Shown: positions 27,936 through 39,071, counted from the stretch's first letter. The stretch: 64,000 nucleotides of DNA from Gammaproteobacteria bacterium (GCA_965221955.1 CBDCTA010000028.1:118700-182699), one strand, 5' to 3'. Numbers and translations: made by a program. Notes: a model not told the origin generated them from the letters alone.

Positions 27936-30023
27936 ATGAGCGATTTATCTACATATAGAAATATTGGCATCTTCGCCCACGTGGATGCAGGCAAAACCAC
28001 CACATCGGAGCGCATCCTCAGCCTTACTGGAAAAATTCATAAGATTGGCGAAGTGCATGATGGCGAAGCCACTACTGACTTTATGGACCAAGAACGTGAG
28101 CGCGGTATTACTATTCAGTCTGCTGCAACCAGCACCTTCTGGAAGGACCATCGCCTAAACATTATTGATACTCCAGGACACGTAGATTTCACCATTGAAG
28201 TGTACCGTTCGCTTAAAGTGCTTGATGGTGGCGTAGGAGTATTCTGTGGCTCAGGTGGCGTGGAACCCCAATCCGAAACCAACTGGCGTTACGCAAACGA
28301 ATCTAAAGTTGCGCGCATTATCTTTGTGAATAAATTAGACCGCCTTGGAGCTGACTTTTATCGAGTGGTTGACCAAATTAAAAATGTCTTGGGCGCAAAA
28401 CCTCTTGTGATGACTTTACCCATTGGTACTGAAGATAATTTCACAGGCGTTATTGATTTGATGACACGTAAAGCCTGGATCTGGGAAGGCTCAGATGACC
28501 CAATGAACTATAAAGAGCAAGACGTTCCCGAAGATATGAAAGACAAAGTGGAACAGTATCGTGAAGAAATGGTTGAAACCGCTCTTGAGCATGACGATGA
28601 TGCAATGGAAAAATATTTAGATGGTGAAGAGCCGGACATTGATACATTAAAAGCATGCATACGCAAAGGTACTATTGCATTAGACTTCTTCCCCACTTAT
28701 TGCGGTTCTGCATTTAAGAACAAAGGTATTCAGTTAGTTCTCGATGCCGTCGTGGATTATCTACCCGGTCCTACTGAAGTTCCCCCTCAACCTGAAGTAG
28801 ACATGGAAGGTAATGAAACCGGTGAATTTGCTGAAGTAGATCCTAACAAACCTCTTCGTGCACTTGCATTTAAAATTATGGATGATCGCTATGGTGCACT
28901 TACATTCATTCGAATTTACTCCGGTAAATTAGATAAAGGTATGACGGTCATGAACAGTTTTACTGGTAAAACTGAACGCATTGGCCGTATTGTAGAAATG
29001 CACGCTGATTCACGCGAAGAATTAGATTCAGCGCAAGCAGGTGACATCGTTGCCGTATTAGGCATGAAGAATGTACAAACTGGACACACGCTTTGTGATC
29101 CAAACAAACCTGCAACGCTAGAACCTATGGTCTTCCCTGATCCCGTCATCTCGATGGCGATCTCACCAAAAGATAAAGGTGCTTCTGAGAAAATGGGTGT
29201 TGCCTTAAGCAAAATGGTTGCTGAAGATCCATCTTTCCGTGTTTCGACCGACGAAGACAGTGGTGAAACTATTCTTAAAGGAATGGGCGAATTACATCTA
29301 GATATTAAAATTGATATTTTAAAGCGCACACATGGTGTAGAAGTAATTGCGGGTGCTCCACAAGTAGCCTACCGCGAGACCATTACTCAACGTGTTGAAG
29401 ATTCTTATACTCACAAAAAACAATCTGGTGGTGCGGGTCAATTCGGTAAAATTGATTACATTGTTGAACCTGGTGAACAAAACAGTGGCTATGAATTTGA
29501 ATCTACGGTAACGGGCGGTAATGTTCCGCGCGAATACTGGCCTGCCATCCAAAAAGCGTTTGGTGACATGATGGACGAAGGTGTACTTGCTGGTTATCCA
29601 TGCCTTGATGTAAAAGTTACCTTGACGGATGGCGCATTCCACGCTGTTGACTCTTCAGCGGTTGCTTTTGAGCTTGCTGCAAAGGCTGCTTATCGTCAAA
29701 GCATGCCTAAGGCAGGACCACAATTGTTAGAGCCTATTATGAAAGTAGATGTATTTACACCTGAAGATCATGTGGGTGATGTAATCGGTGATTTGAACCG
29801 TCGTCGTGGCATGATTAAATCTCAAGATGCGGGCGCAACCGGTACACGTGTAAAAGCAGACGTTCCACTTTCTGAAATGTTTGGTTACATCGGTGATCTT
29901 CGCACTATGACTTCCGGACGTGGCCAATTCTCTATGGAATTTTCTCATTATCTTCCATGCCCTAAGAATGTCGCAGATGAAGTGATTAAAGAAGCAAAAG
30001 AGCGCGCAGAAGCGAAAAAGTAA
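27936..30023 (+). CDS. fusA: Elongation factor G (stand-alone copy outside the str operon)
   Basis: [33 protein letters not shown] and GMGELHL motifs; no rpsL, rpsG or tuf neighbours. Confidence 0.96.
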   Translation: MSDLSTYRNIGIFAHVDAGKTTTSERILSLTGKIHKIGEVHDGEATTDFMDQERERGITIQSAATSTFWKDHRLNIIDTPGHVDFTIEVYRSLKVLDGGVGVFCGSGGVEPQSETNWRYANESKVARIIFVNKLDRLGADFYRVVDQIKNVLGAKPLVMTLPIGTEDNFTGVIDLMTRKAWIWEGSDDPMNYKEQDVPEDMKDKVEQYREEMVETALEHDDDAMEKYLDGEEPDIDTLKACIRKGTIALDFFPTYCGSAFKNKGIQLVLDAVVDYLPGPTEVPPQPEVDMEGNETGEFAEVDPNKPLRALAFKIMDDRYGALTFIRIYSGKLDKGMTVMNSFTGKTERIGRIVEMHADSREELDSAQAGDIVAVLGMKNVQTGHTLCDPNKPATLEPMVFPDPVISMAISPKDKGASEKMGVALSKMVAEDPSFRVSTDEDSGETILKGMGELHLDIKIDILKRTHGVEVIAGAPQVAYRETITQRVEDSYTHKKQSGGAGQFGKIDYIVEPGEQNSGYEFESTVTGGNVPREYWPAIQKAFGDMMDEGVLAGYPCLDVKVTLTDGAFHAVDSSAVAFELAAKAAYRQSMPKAGPQLLEPIMKVDVFTPEDHVGDVIGDLNRRRGMIKSQDAGATGTRVKADVPLSEMFGYIGDLRTMTSGRGQFSMEFSHYLPCPKNVADEVIKEAKERAEAKK

Positions 30024-30043
30024 TTTAAATCTGTTAAAAAATT

Positions 30044-30079
30044 AAAAGCCGCACAGGTTATACCTAGTGCGGCTTTTTT
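30044..30079 (+). terminator. Intrinsic terminator after fusA
   Basis: AAAAGCCGCAC...GTGCGGCTTTTTT hairpin with U tract. Confidence 0.9.
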
Positions 30080-30373
30080 GTGTTACTTGAAGGGAGATCT
30101 CATAACGATAAATGCTTCATCTCATCGCAAATATGTCCATTTTCATTTTCTTTATCTACTTCTGATGGAACAAAAGTCATTGGCATATTCGCCATCATTT
30201 ACAAAACTTAAAGGCATATAAAACAACATAAGTAATAATAACTATCTCATATTTAAACTCTGGTTTTTAATACAAACTAGTTCGATTTTATATAGTTTTA
30301 ATAATGAAATAAAAAAAGCAGGTAGATTGATCATCCGGCAAAACCAAGTTATTAAAGACTAATAAAATTGATA

Positions 30374-31486
30374 TTACTCAAAATCACAAACCTCTAAACC
30401 TGCTTGAAAGCATTTACTATATATTTCAGCTTGTTTAACACGAGCTTCAGTACTTGGGTGTGTCGATAAATAATCCCATAAGCCATTATCATCATTATTT
30501 TTTGGATCAATCTCTTCTTCATCTACACTACCCATTCCATCAATGCTTTTAGTTATCCGACTTAAAATTGAGGAAAATGAGTTAGGATCAATCTTTGCTT
30601 TCAACATAAGTCCAAAAGCATATTTATCCGCTTCTGTTTCATGATTACGCGAATAATGTGTGCTCACCAACAAGGAACCTAGTCCTATACCTAAATCTGC
30701 AATCCCATTATTGTCTCCTGTAACCAACATAATAGCGGTCGTTATAAGTGTTGCTTCGATCACCATTTCTAGACTATGCCGATGAACTACATGTCCCATT
30801 TCGTGCAATAAAACCGAATCCATCTCATCTTGTGTTTCACACAACCGTACAAATTCGTCTGTTAACACAATGTCACCAGATGGCAATGCTAATGCATTAG
30901 GTATTCCAAATTCACCCTCGCTCCAATCACGAAAGTGTAATGTATAGTTTATAGAGACATGGTTCTCTTCAAGTGGAATCACTTTTGACTTGAAGTGCTC
31001 ACGTATATTTTCCATTGTTTCAGAATCAAGCTTGCTTTCTTCAAAAATATAGTCATCCAAGAACTCAAGCGTATTTGCAGCTATAAATTCATTGGTTTCT
31101 TGTGGTAAGGCATGCGCAATTTTTGTGCTGATCCAAGGTATGCCCCATTTAAAAAATGAAATGGATGAAATAATAGTCAGTATCAAAGCTACAGCAACTA
31201 AACCAAGGTGGGATTCAAAAACATGAATAAGGTTACTTATCTTGCTGCGACTATTAAATAATTTATCAACCGCATCATTATCATGCGTAGCAAAAACAGA
31301 GCCATCTTGAAACGTTAACTTTCGCTCAACATTTCCTAAGCGATCACTAACCTTTATATACTCTAGATCAACAAAAATAGAAGCTCGCCCTTCAATATCT
31401 AATTTGTAGCGTTCTCCTACAAGATGCAACACAGCAGGAACTTGCGCTGCACCTCCTTTGTCATACCATTTTCCTTGAATTAACAA
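30374..31486 (-). CDS. M48 family zinc metallopeptidase
   Basis: NALALPSG, HEMGH (HExxH), YSRNHETEAD and LSTHPSTEAR motifs; one TM helix. Confidence 0.9.
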   Translation of the reverse strand: MLIQGKWYDKGGAAQVPAVLHLVGERYKLDIEGRASIFVDLEYIKVSDRLGNVERKLTFQDGSVFATHDNDAVDKLFNSRSKISNLIHVFESHLGLVAVALILTIISSISFFKWGIPWISTKIAHALPQETNEFIAANTLEFLDDYIFEESKLDSETMENIREHFKSKVIPLEENHVSINYTLHFRDWSEGEFGIPNALALPSGDIVLTDEFVRLCETQDEMDSVLLHEMGHVVHRHSLEMVIEATLITTAIMLVTGDNNGIADLGIGLGSLLVSTHYSRNHETEADKYAFGLMLKAKIDPNSFSSILSRITKSIDGMGSVDEEEIDPKNNDDNGLWDYLSTHPSTEARVKQAEIYSKCFQAGLEVCDFE

Positions 31487-32692
31487 TTAAAACCCGATCC
31501 CCACATCAACATCGAATGCGTCTCCGATTTGTTCACCTAAGGACGACTGTTCCTTTTGCTTTTGTGTTATATACATTTCAAAGCCATGGTCAGTATTTAC
31601 CTGTGTATTTTCGAGAAGCAACCTTGCCATTCTTACTTTTGCCCAAGGCAACCCTAGACCCAAAGTAAAAATGATAATAATGAAATTAGTAATCATTACC
31701 CATGCAAAAGGTCTGGAGCGAAGCGTTGAAGCAAATGTAATTTTGTTATCTAAATTTGAATTATCATAAATATAAGTACGCTGCCGTGTGTACATATATG
31801 CAACGACAAGAAGACTCACGATGATAAAACCAAGATACACAAGACCAATAATCAAACCTAAGCCTCCTGCCAATGCCATTTGGATAGCTTCAGGATCTTC
31901 CAAGCTATTTTGTAGTTGCAAAATTTCATTTGCAGCTCCAGTAAAATATGCAATTGCTGTTATAGCTACTATTAAAGCAATAAATGCCAAAATACTAATG
32001 CCAGCCGTTTTCAACAGAATCATTGCGAACGTTTTTGTTTCTACATTTGTATGAAACACGCCTTGACCATATCGATATCCATTTATCGCATAATGCGTAT
32101 TTCTCTTTTTAAGATATGAAAAAATGAAAAAAGTTAGAACGACAAATAATATAGCTGCAATCAGAATTGCCAATCCTAACATTACCCCCATTTGCAAACC
32201 CATCATTGGGATAGCAATTGCTAAAGCAATCGGAATACCATACAAAACGAGCACACTTACAATCGGTAACAATAGATAATTAATATAGGCACCACTTAGC
32301 ACTCCCTCAAAACCAAACCTTACATTGCTGAAGCTTGTCATTCGCATGTTGAATTTCAGACTTCTCCAGATAATCCAAGGAAAAGCAAAAACAAAAATTA
32401 AAACAACAATAACACTACCTGTAGGCGAAATATTTTGAATGAAAATAAATGCAAGAAACAATCCCATTGCAATTAAATAACCAATGAAAAGCTGTTTACC
32501 GGTTGCATGGTATTCAAAATTTCTTCCCTCAAGTACACTATTTGCACAAAAATACCGACGGTTACGTACTTTAGCCCAGGGGTAATAAAGGCCTACCGTT
32601 ATGATCGTTAACAATATATTGACGATCCAAATTTTAAAATACTCAAATCCGCTACCCTCAAATTGCAATGCTTTCATTGTCGTCCCTTTCAA
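31487..32692 (-). CDS. YjgN/DUF898 family inner membrane protein
   Basis: FEGSGFEYFKIWIVNILLTIITVGLYYPWAKVR signature; commonly paired with an M48 peptidase. Confidence 0.9.
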   Translation of the reverse strand: MKGTTMKALQFEGSGFEYFKIWIVNILLTIITVGLYYPWAKVRNRRYFCANSVLEGRNFEYHATGKQLFIGYLIAMGLFLAFIFIQNISPTGSVIVVLIFVFAFPWIIWRSLKFNMRMTSFSNVRFGFEGVLSGAYINYLLLPIVSVLVLYGIPIALAIAIPMMGLQMGVMLGLAILIAAILFVVLTFFIFSYLKKRNTHYAINGYRYGQGVFHTNVETKTFAMILLKTAGISILAFIALIVAITAIAYFTGAANEILQLQNSLEDPEAIQMALAGGLGLIIGLVYLGFIIVSLLVVAYMYTRQRTYIYDNSNLDNKITFASTLRSRPFAWVMITNFIIIIFTLGLGLPWAKVRMARLLLENTQVNTDHGFEMYITQKQKEQSSLGEQIGDAFDVDVGIGF

Positions 32693-32735
32693 ATGATTAT
32701 TAAGTTATTTCATTCTAAATTATTTAAAACTTTAC

Positions 32736-33104
32736 CTAAGCTTCGAACGTTGCATTAGCTTCTTGCTGCCGTGCAGTTCGATACGAATCGATGATTCCTA
32801 TTACCCAAGTAAAGAAAAATACTAAAGTCAAGATATTGATAAGTTGTATTTCTTGAGGAGTTTGCGACTTTTCAATCAAATCTCTAATAATATTCATATC
32901 TGGTGGAATTTCACCACTGACAATTTTATCTGAGATAGTTTTTGCTTTAGAAACAGCTTTAGACATGATCACAAACATAATAAAAAACGCAAGAGCGAAT
33001 AAAAAGGATCCAAAATAGTATTTCTTTAAATAGATATGCCCCGCACCAGGACAAATAAACGCAGAAAGTAATGCAGCTTTTGTTGATCTTTTCATTTTAT
33101 GCAA
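32736..33104 (-). CDS. Small membrane protein of unknown function
   Basis: KAALLSAFICPGAGHIYL N-terminus and W..GIIDSYR C-terminus; hydrophobic helices. Confidence 0.7.
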   Translation of the reverse strand: MHKMKRSTKAALLSAFICPGAGHIYLKKYYFGSFLFALAFFIMFVIMSKAVSKAKTISDKIVSGEIPPDMNIIRDLIEKSQTPQEIQLINILTLVFFFTWVIGIIDSYRTARQQEANATFEA

Positions 33105-33359
33105 TTTTTACTCTAGAAGCCCAAATACAGAATTAGCAATTAAATCAATCAGACTTAACTATAAAAACAGACACTATACCTATACAAACAGCATCAAATG
33201 TCCCATTTATCCTATATGATCATCCAATTAACCGTATAACATTGCTGCTATAGCCTTATATGCTAGATTTGCTGATCAAAAATATAACCGAAACCCATAG
33301 TTTTTTATTCGGATAAGACTAATTCACAACAAATTTAAACAATAAATAGCAACTGTTAG

Positions 33360-33626
33360 CTACCTTAACTGACTATCTTTACTACCGCGTCTATTGATGC
33401 CAGAAGTCTACGTTTTTTCTTCTTCGAATATTGCTTGGCACTTAACGCATAAGCGCACACCTGGGATTACATTACGACGTGCATTAGGTATTTCAACATC
33501 ACACTCATCGCAACGAAACAAACCCTCGCCAGTTGTCAGTTTGCTCCTTGCTTTTTTTACAGCGTCTTCTACACTTGCATCAATTTGATCTTGTACAGCC
33601 CCATCTCGTGCCCATCCATTAGCCAT
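33360..33626 (-). CDS. ybiI: DksA/TraR C4 zinc-finger protein (YbiI-like) with an internal in-frame TAG
   Basis: MANGWARDGAVQDQID, CDEC...CVKC. After TAG at 33408-33410 the frame continues TSGINRRGSKDSQLR-stop, the YbiI C-terminus. Confidence 0.85.
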
Positions 33627-33722
33627 AAAAACCTCCAATTTTAATATGCTTCTAAAACTACTTTGCTACTAGCATATATATGATCTACTATTTTCTAACA
33701 TGGATGTAACTGTTTTCAAACT

Positions 33723-34253
33723 ATGACTCAACCACAAACTTCAATTAAAGGGCTTTTAGCCGTCATTTGGGCAATTTGTGGCTTGTCATTATTACTAGGG
33801 TTCGCGTGCTGGCGCTTGTCTGCTTACACCATTGAATCGTTTTCTATGCCATTGAATTGGGTACATTGGTTAGTATTTATTGCTTGGGCAGTTTTTATGG
33901 CGCATGGAGAGGGTTACAAAGGCTTTCAATTAAAATTTTCACCACGCTTTGCAGCCCGCTGTAAATATTTGGTATCCAATGCCACATGGATGCAAACATT
34001 ATTAGCGCCTTTATTTTGTATGGCTTATTTTCATGCTCCTAAAAAACGGATAATTGCAACTTGGGCATTAACTTTTATGATTATTAGTTTCATACTTACG
34101 TTCCAATATATACCGCAACCTTGGAAAGGCTTACTAGACTTTGGTGTAGTCTTTGGCTTGCTCTGGGGAATAGTTTCAACTGCTTATTTTTGCTTTAAAG
34201 CTTTCACAGATAAAAATTTTAATCGGGACAATGAAGTATTAGTCACATCATGA
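33723..34253 (+). CDS. Conserved membrane protein of unknown function
   Basis: Several TM segments; EGYKGFQLKFSPR and LLAPLFCM motifs. Confidence 0.75.
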   Translation: MTQPQTSIKGLLAVIWAICGLSLLLGFACWRLSAYTIESFSMPLNWVHWLVFIAWAVFMAHGEGYKGFQLKFSPRFAARCKYLVSNATWMQTLLAPLFCMAYFHAPKKRIIATWALTFMIISFILTFQYIPQPWKGLLDFGVVFGLLWGIVSTAYFCFKAFTDKNFNRDNEVLVTS

Positions 34254-34319
34254 ACTAATTCAGGTTCGAACTATCTAAATTTAGTAATTTAATATTTATA
34301 AACTCTTGGAGAACTACGC

Positions 34320-34622
34320 ATGTTTATTGCAATGAATCGCTTCAAAATTATTCCTGGTAATGAAGAAGATTTTTTAGATATTTGGAGAAATAGGGAAACC
34401 TTCTTAGACGAAGTTCCCGGCTTTAAGCAATTCAATTTATTGCGTGGACCAAAAACAGATGACTATAGCTTATTTGCTTCGCATTCTATTTGGGATTCAA
34501 AACAAGCTTTTGAAGACTGGACAAAATCTGAAGCTTTCCGAAAGGCACATGCCAATGCTGGTAATGCAAAACCAGTATATATTGGCAAGCCTGAATTTGA
34601 AGGATTTGAAGTGGCTTTATAG
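34320..34622 (+). CDS. Antibiotic biosynthesis monooxygenase family protein (IsdG/HmoA-like)
   Basis: MFIAMNRF, VPGFxxFxLLRG and WTKSEAFRKAH motifs. Confidence 0.88.
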   Translation: MFIAMNRFKIIPGNEEDFLDIWRNRETFLDEVPGFKQFNLLRGPKTDDYSLFASHSIWDSKQAFEDWTKSEAFRKAHANAGNAKPVYIGKPEFEGFEVAL

Positions 34623-34635
34623 ATTCGAAATTAAA

Positions 34636-35811
34636 ATGCGTTCGTATTACTTGTATATAGTGTTGTTGCTGTACACATTTAATTGTTTTGCAGCGAGTCC
34701 ACTCGACACGCTTAGAAACTTGTCTTCATCTTCATTACTACTTATAGATGAAAACAAACAAGCAGTTCAAACGAAAAACCCCAATCAACTATACATCCCT
34801 GCTTCTACCATAAAAGTCTTGACTTCTCTTATAGCGCTTGATCATTGGGGGCCTGATCACCGCTTTAAAACAGATTTTTTCTATGAATCAAACACAAAGA
34901 GTCTATGGATAAAAGGTTATGGTGACCCTCATTTAACCTCTGAAGAGTTAGATCTTATCGTAAGTGCTATCTCTAACATAGGTATCACTGAACTCGATAC
35001 GATAGGAATTGATACAAGCTTTTTTAGCAAGACCATTAGCATAGACGGGCAAGGAAATACTTTAAATCCATATGACGCTACCGTAGGTGCTGTTTCAGCA
35101 AATTTTAATACCATTAATGTTCGCATCTATGATGATAGTATTAGCAGCAGCGAAACCCAAACTCCACTAACCCCCCTCGCCAATGAATTAGCCCAAGGTT
35201 TATCAATCGGTACACATCGTATTAATCTAGGCAAAGCTGAACATGGCCCTCAGTATTTCTACGAATTATTAAAAGCCAAGCTGAACCGATCGGCAATTCC
35301 AACCGATGCGTTATTTTTAAGCGGAGATGTTCCAAAATCGGCTAAATTATTATTCACTTATCACAACAGTAAAAAGTTGGAACAACTCATTGCCTCTATG
35401 CTTGAATACTCTAATAACTTTATTGCCAATCAGCTATTCCTAAAGCTAGGTGCAGATTACTTTGGTGCTCCAGCAAGCCTTGAGAAATCTCAGAAAACAA
35501 TCAATAAATATATACAAGATAATTTTAATTGGTCTAAGCATGTAATTGTTGAAGGTGCAGGCTTATCTAGAAAAAACCGCTTAAGTGCGCAACAGCTCAT
35601 CGACGTATTAGAAGTATTTGAGCCTTACAGACATCTTTTGCCTAACCAATCACCAGATATATTTGCAAAATCAGGTACTTTAAATAACGTCAGTACGTAT
35701 GCAGGTTACATTAATCGCAAGGACCATTGGTCACCATTTGCGATTATGATTAACCAAAACGTAAATTTTCACTTTAGGGAAGAAGTGGTCAAAGAATTAT
35801 TGAAACGCTAA
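34636..35811 (+). CDS. dacB: D-alanyl-D-alanine carboxypeptidase/endopeptidase (peptidase S13, PBP4-like)
   Basis: PASTIK (SxxK), YSNN (SxN) and KSGT motifs; signal peptide from ATG 34636. Confidence 0.85.
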   Translation: MRSYYLYIVLLLYTFNCFAASPLDTLRNLSSSSLLLIDENKQAVQTKNPNQLYIPASTIKVLTSLIALDHWGPDHRFKTDFFYESNTKSLWIKGYGDPHLTSEELDLIVSAISNIGITELDTIGIDTSFFSKTISIDGQGNTLNPYDATVGAVSANFNTINVRIYDDSISSSETQTPLTPLANELAQGLSIGTHRINLGKAEHGPQYFYELLKAKLNRSAIPTDALFLSGDVPKSAKLLFTYHNSKKLEQLIASMLEYSNNFIANQLFLKLGADYFGAPASLEKSQKTINKYIQDNFNWSKHVIVEGAGLSRKNRLSAQQLIDVLEVFEPYRHLLPNQSPDIFAKSGTLNNVSTYAGYINRKDHWSPFAIMINQNVNFHFREEVVKELLKR

Positions 35812-35821
35812 ATTATAATCT

Positions 35822-36667
35822 TCAAGCGATTAGGCCTTTTAGGTCCTTGATTAAAGGGTTTAAAAAATGCTTATCTTTCCAATAGACATTATGGCTTAAC
35901 GGGTTCCACATCGTCATTACTCCACCAACATTAATAGCACTATCCTCATTAACCTCGGTTTTATAGCTTTGTTTGCCTGCTCGAGTGTTTAGATTTTTCA
36001 ACGGCCAGCCTAACGCATCATCTGGATCGTAAAAGTTTTTCCATTTGAACGAGTACCCTCTGCTAGATGAAGTAATAGATTGAATCTTAGATTGGGGGAT
36101 TCCAGCAATGAATATTGGGATATTACAACCTGAGAAATATAAATATTTTAGTGTCTTCAAACGTCGAAATTTATCTAAACCAGAACCTGGAGGTGAATCT
36201 TCAAATCCTCCGTCACACCATGCGCCTTGTGATGCAGATTTACACTGTGCGTCCCAAATATAATTAGAAATTATATGGCAACCAAGAGAGTGAGCTACAA
36301 TTACTACTTTCCCCTCCTCTCCTACTTCATCATAAGCAGCATCAATTTCATCTAGTACGTTATTCTGTACTTGCTCATATGCACTATTGGGCAAACTCGC
36401 TTGTCGTTCAAACCCTGCAGCATCAGAAAAACCATATAACAAGAATCTTCGCAACCTAATCCAATCAATATCATCATTTTTCTTATATCTATCAAATAGC
36501 TTTTTTTGGTGATCTTGAAATATATCCTGATAGTAAATTTCGCCAAAATGCACATGTCCCCATTTACTACCAAGTGCTCGGCTCAGTTTTTTTCTAATAT
36601 CATCAGAATAACCTCTTTCAGTATCTCCCATACCATGAATAGTTAGCACTGCAATATTATTCGCCAT
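35822..36667 (-). CDS. Alpha/beta hydrolase fold protein
   Basis: IHGMG oxyanion loop, AHSLG nucleophile elbow, DPDDALG and LSHNVYW. Confidence 0.7.
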   Translation of the reverse strand: MANNIAVLTIHGMGDTERGYSDDIRKKLSRALGSKWGHVHFGEIYYQDIFQDHQKKLFDRYKKNDDIDWIRLRRFLLYGFSDAAGFERQASLPNSAYEQVQNNVLDEIDAAYDEVGEEGKVVIVAHSLGCHIISNYIWDAQCKSASQGAWCDGGFEDSPPGSGLDKFRRLKTLKYLYFSGCNIPIFIAGIPQSKIQSITSSSRGYSFKWKNFYDPDDALGWPLKNLNTRAGKQSYKTEVNEDSAINVGGVMTMWNPLSHNVYWKDKHFLNPLIKDLKGLIA

Positions 36668-36830
36668 AAACCCTCCTATATCACTTAACTGATGCGTACC
36701 TATATTAACATGCTATTTCTCACAACCTTTTCTAATAGAAAATATCTAATAATTTAGAGCATAAATTAACGCTAACTACATAGAATAATTATTTTTATTT
36801 AATTAAAACTTTTTACGCTACAATATTTCA

Positions 36831-38165
36831 ATGCAAAAAAATCGATTTTTAAAAAAGCTGAGCAAAGAATTACCCATATGGGAAAGTAATGGCTGGGTTA
36901 CCAAACAAAATAGTGAGGCAATTCTTAAGCATGTTGGCGCAACAGATAGCCAGTTTAATTTACTCACATTTGGCGTTGCAGTTTTAGGCGTTTTATTACT
37001 TGGCTCAGGCATTATTACCTATTTTGCTGCAAATTGGTCAGAAATGGCCAAAATCACAAAACTTATTCTGTTATTTGGCGCCATGTATATGACCTTTATA
37101 GCGGCTGGATATTTTTCTAAACCTGAAAAATCACCTCTTTTAGGACAAGCATTGTTAGTTTTGGGAGTGATCATCTTTGGCGCCAACATAATGTTGATTG
37201 CGCAGATTTATCACATAGACGAACATTATCCGAATGGTGTTCTATTTTGGGCATTAGGTGGATTATTAACTGCATATCTATTGAAATCTCACGCTGCATT
37301 GGCATTAAGTATCGCCTTGTCCGTTCTATGGACAACCTTAGAAACGTTTGGATTCAACCACATTCATTTTTGGTTTTTGGCCTTGTGGTTAGCTTTTATA
37401 CCAATACTTTATACGCAAAAGTGGAACTTTGCTTTACACCTTGCACTTATTGCACTGATTACTTGGAGCGTGTACAGCTTTTTTGAATTTGATAAAGCAA
37501 ACAATGAAATTTATTTAGCGCAAATTTATTTTATTTTATTTTTAGCATTATTTCTTATCGGGATGCTTTGCGCTACAACTGAGCACGTAAAGTTTTTTGC
37601 TAAACCCATACAGAATTACAGTGCCTTTGCTGCATTGGGTAGCTTCTACATCCTAACTTTCCCCGATATTCAAAGAGGATATCGATATTATGAAGAAAAT
37701 CTAAGGTCTGAAGCATCAAACACTTGGTTATTAATAACTTTTGTATGCTTAGCAATCTTAGTAATACTGACAATATGGCATCGAATTCGATCTGCACAAC
37801 ACGAACGAGCAAAATATCTCGTTTATGGTCAATTCCTAATTGCAGCAGTGGTGTTATCCATCATTATGAATTTATTTCTGGGTGGAAAGCATGGTGGCTT
37901 AATGGCGATTATCTTAAATTTGTTATTTTTTTCTGGAATGGTTTGGTTACTGTTTGCAGGAACCCATACCAATAATCGCACACTCATTAATTTAGCATTT
38001 ATTTTCTTTGCAATCGCTTTGCTTACACGCTACTTCGATACTTTTTGGACTTTATTAAATCGTTCGTTCTTCTTCATGGCAGGAGGCTTAATTCTGATTA
38101 TTGGTGGTTATTTCCTAGAAAAACAACGTCGAAAATTTACTGCAGCCACACACAAAGTAAAATAA
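36831..38165 (+). CDS. DUF2157 family membrane protein
   Basis: LGVLLLGSGIITYFAANW and GANIMLIAQIYHI motifs; many TM helices. Confidence 0.85.
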   Translation: MQKNRFLKKLSKELPIWESNGWVTKQNSEAILKHVGATDSQFNLLTFGVAVLGVLLLGSGIITYFAANWSEMAKITKLILLFGAMYMTFIAAGYFSKPEKSPLLGQALLVLGVIIFGANIMLIAQIYHIDEHYPNGVLFWALGGLLTAYLLKSHAALALSIALSVLWTTLETFGFNHIHFWFLALWLAFIPILYTQKWNFALHLALIALITWSVYSFFEFDKANNEIYLAQIYFILFLALFLIGMLCATTEHVKFFAKPIQNYSAFAALGSFYILTFPDIQRGYRYYEENLRSEASNTWLLITFVCLAILVILTIWHRIRSAQHERAKYLVYGQFLIAAVVLSIIMNLFLGGKHGGLMAIILNLLFFSGMVWLLFAGTHTNNRTLINLAFIFFAIALLTRYFDTFWTLLNRSFFFMAGGLILIIGGYFLEKQRRKFTAATHKVK

Positions 38166-38177
38166 ATAATAAACATA

Positions 38178-38741
38178 ATGACACGAATTCTAGCCATCTT
38201 AGTTATATTTACATTGTTACTTTGCTCAATGATTGGGATTAAGCAATGGACACTAAACACTGGTACACCTGTTTTACTAGAAACGCAACCTATTGATCCG
38301 CGCTCTTTATTTCGTGGAGATTATGTGCGCTTAAACTACACCATTAGCAATCTCAAACCTTCAGAACTGAATGGTGATGATGATTTTCAACGTTATGATA
38401 AAATATATGTGGTATTACAACAGCAAGAAAAATATTGGCAACCAATTGCAATCCATCATCACAAACCCGCAAATGACAATGCAACCTTGCTTGGAAAGGT
38501 GCAGCGTGTAAACGAGTACTTCTGGAATCCAGAAACAGGAGAATCAGAAGAAGTGACTAACTTACGTGTGAAATATGGAATAGAAAATTATTTTGTTCCA
38601 GAGGGTGAAGGGTTAGAACTTGAACGTAGAGATAACGATCAAATTGTTGATATTCGGGTCGCAATCGATAGATTTGGAAAATCAGGTATCAAAGAAGTAT
38701 TGGTCAACGATCAAGTACAATATACCGAAACTCTATTCTGA
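38178..38741 (+). CDS. GDYXXLXY domain-containing protein
   Basis: PIDPRSLFRGDYVRLNY and YGIENYFVPEGEG motifs. Confidence 0.9.
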   Translation: MTRILAILVIFTLLLCSMIGIKQWTLNTGTPVLLETQPIDPRSLFRGDYVRLNYTISNLKPSELNGDDDFQRYDKIYVVLQQQEKYWQPIAIHHHKPANDNATLLGKVQRVNEYFWNPETGESEEVTNLRVKYGIENYFVPEGEGLELERRDNDQIVDIRVAIDRFGKSGIKEVLVNDQVQYTETLF

Positions 38742-38750
38742 AATTTGTAT

Positions 38751-38780
38751 AAAAAAACCCGGCTAACACCAGGTTTTTTT
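38751..38780. terminator. Bidirectional terminator candidate
   Basis: AAAAAAACC...GGTTTTTTT hairpin between convergent genes. Confidence 0.6.
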
Positions 38781-38801
38781 ACTTAAGGAAGTACTTAGTA
38801 T

Positions 38802-38924
38802 TTAGTGATGACGTCTGAGCTCGCTATTATGATAGCCATCACGCTCTTTTAATAAACGCCACATTCCAATTAGGGTCACACCCACTACTACTAGTTGTAA
38901 GGCAATAATTAAAAATGCTTCCAT
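38802..38924 (-). CDS. Small single-TM protein (40 aa), not in ORF track
   Basis: MEAFLIIALQLVVVGVTLIGMWRLLKERDGYHNSELRRHH; GGAG RBS 8 nt upstream; terminator downstream. Confidence 0.6.
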   Translation of the reverse strand: MEAFLIIALQLVVVGVTLIGMWRLLKERDGYHNSELRRHH

Positions 38925-38999
38925 CTATCCAACTCCAGGCTTAGGTTAAAAAACATCTCTTTTTATAGGAGAGATCCAACAGGGAATGTGTATTGTCCA

Positions 39000-39015
39000 T
39001 GTGAACTAAGTCACA
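39000..39015. promoter_or_regulatory. CRP-family binding site
   Basis: TGTGA-ACTAAG-TCACA, an exact match to the CRP core consensus, about 75 bp upstream of the 40-aa ORF. Confidence 0.7.
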
Positions 39016-39071
39016 TTTTAGAGTTAGTGATAATAGGTTTCGCTGAATGGATAAACGGTAGAATGCACAGT

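Noticed and set aside
33408-33410. Pyrrolysine or alternative genetic code
   Set aside because: TAG is used as a normal stop in many genes here, and no pyl genes are in the window.
34444-34635. Long N-terminal extension of dacB in the ORF track
   Set aside because: It overlaps the monooxygenase gene; the signal peptide begins at ATG 34636.
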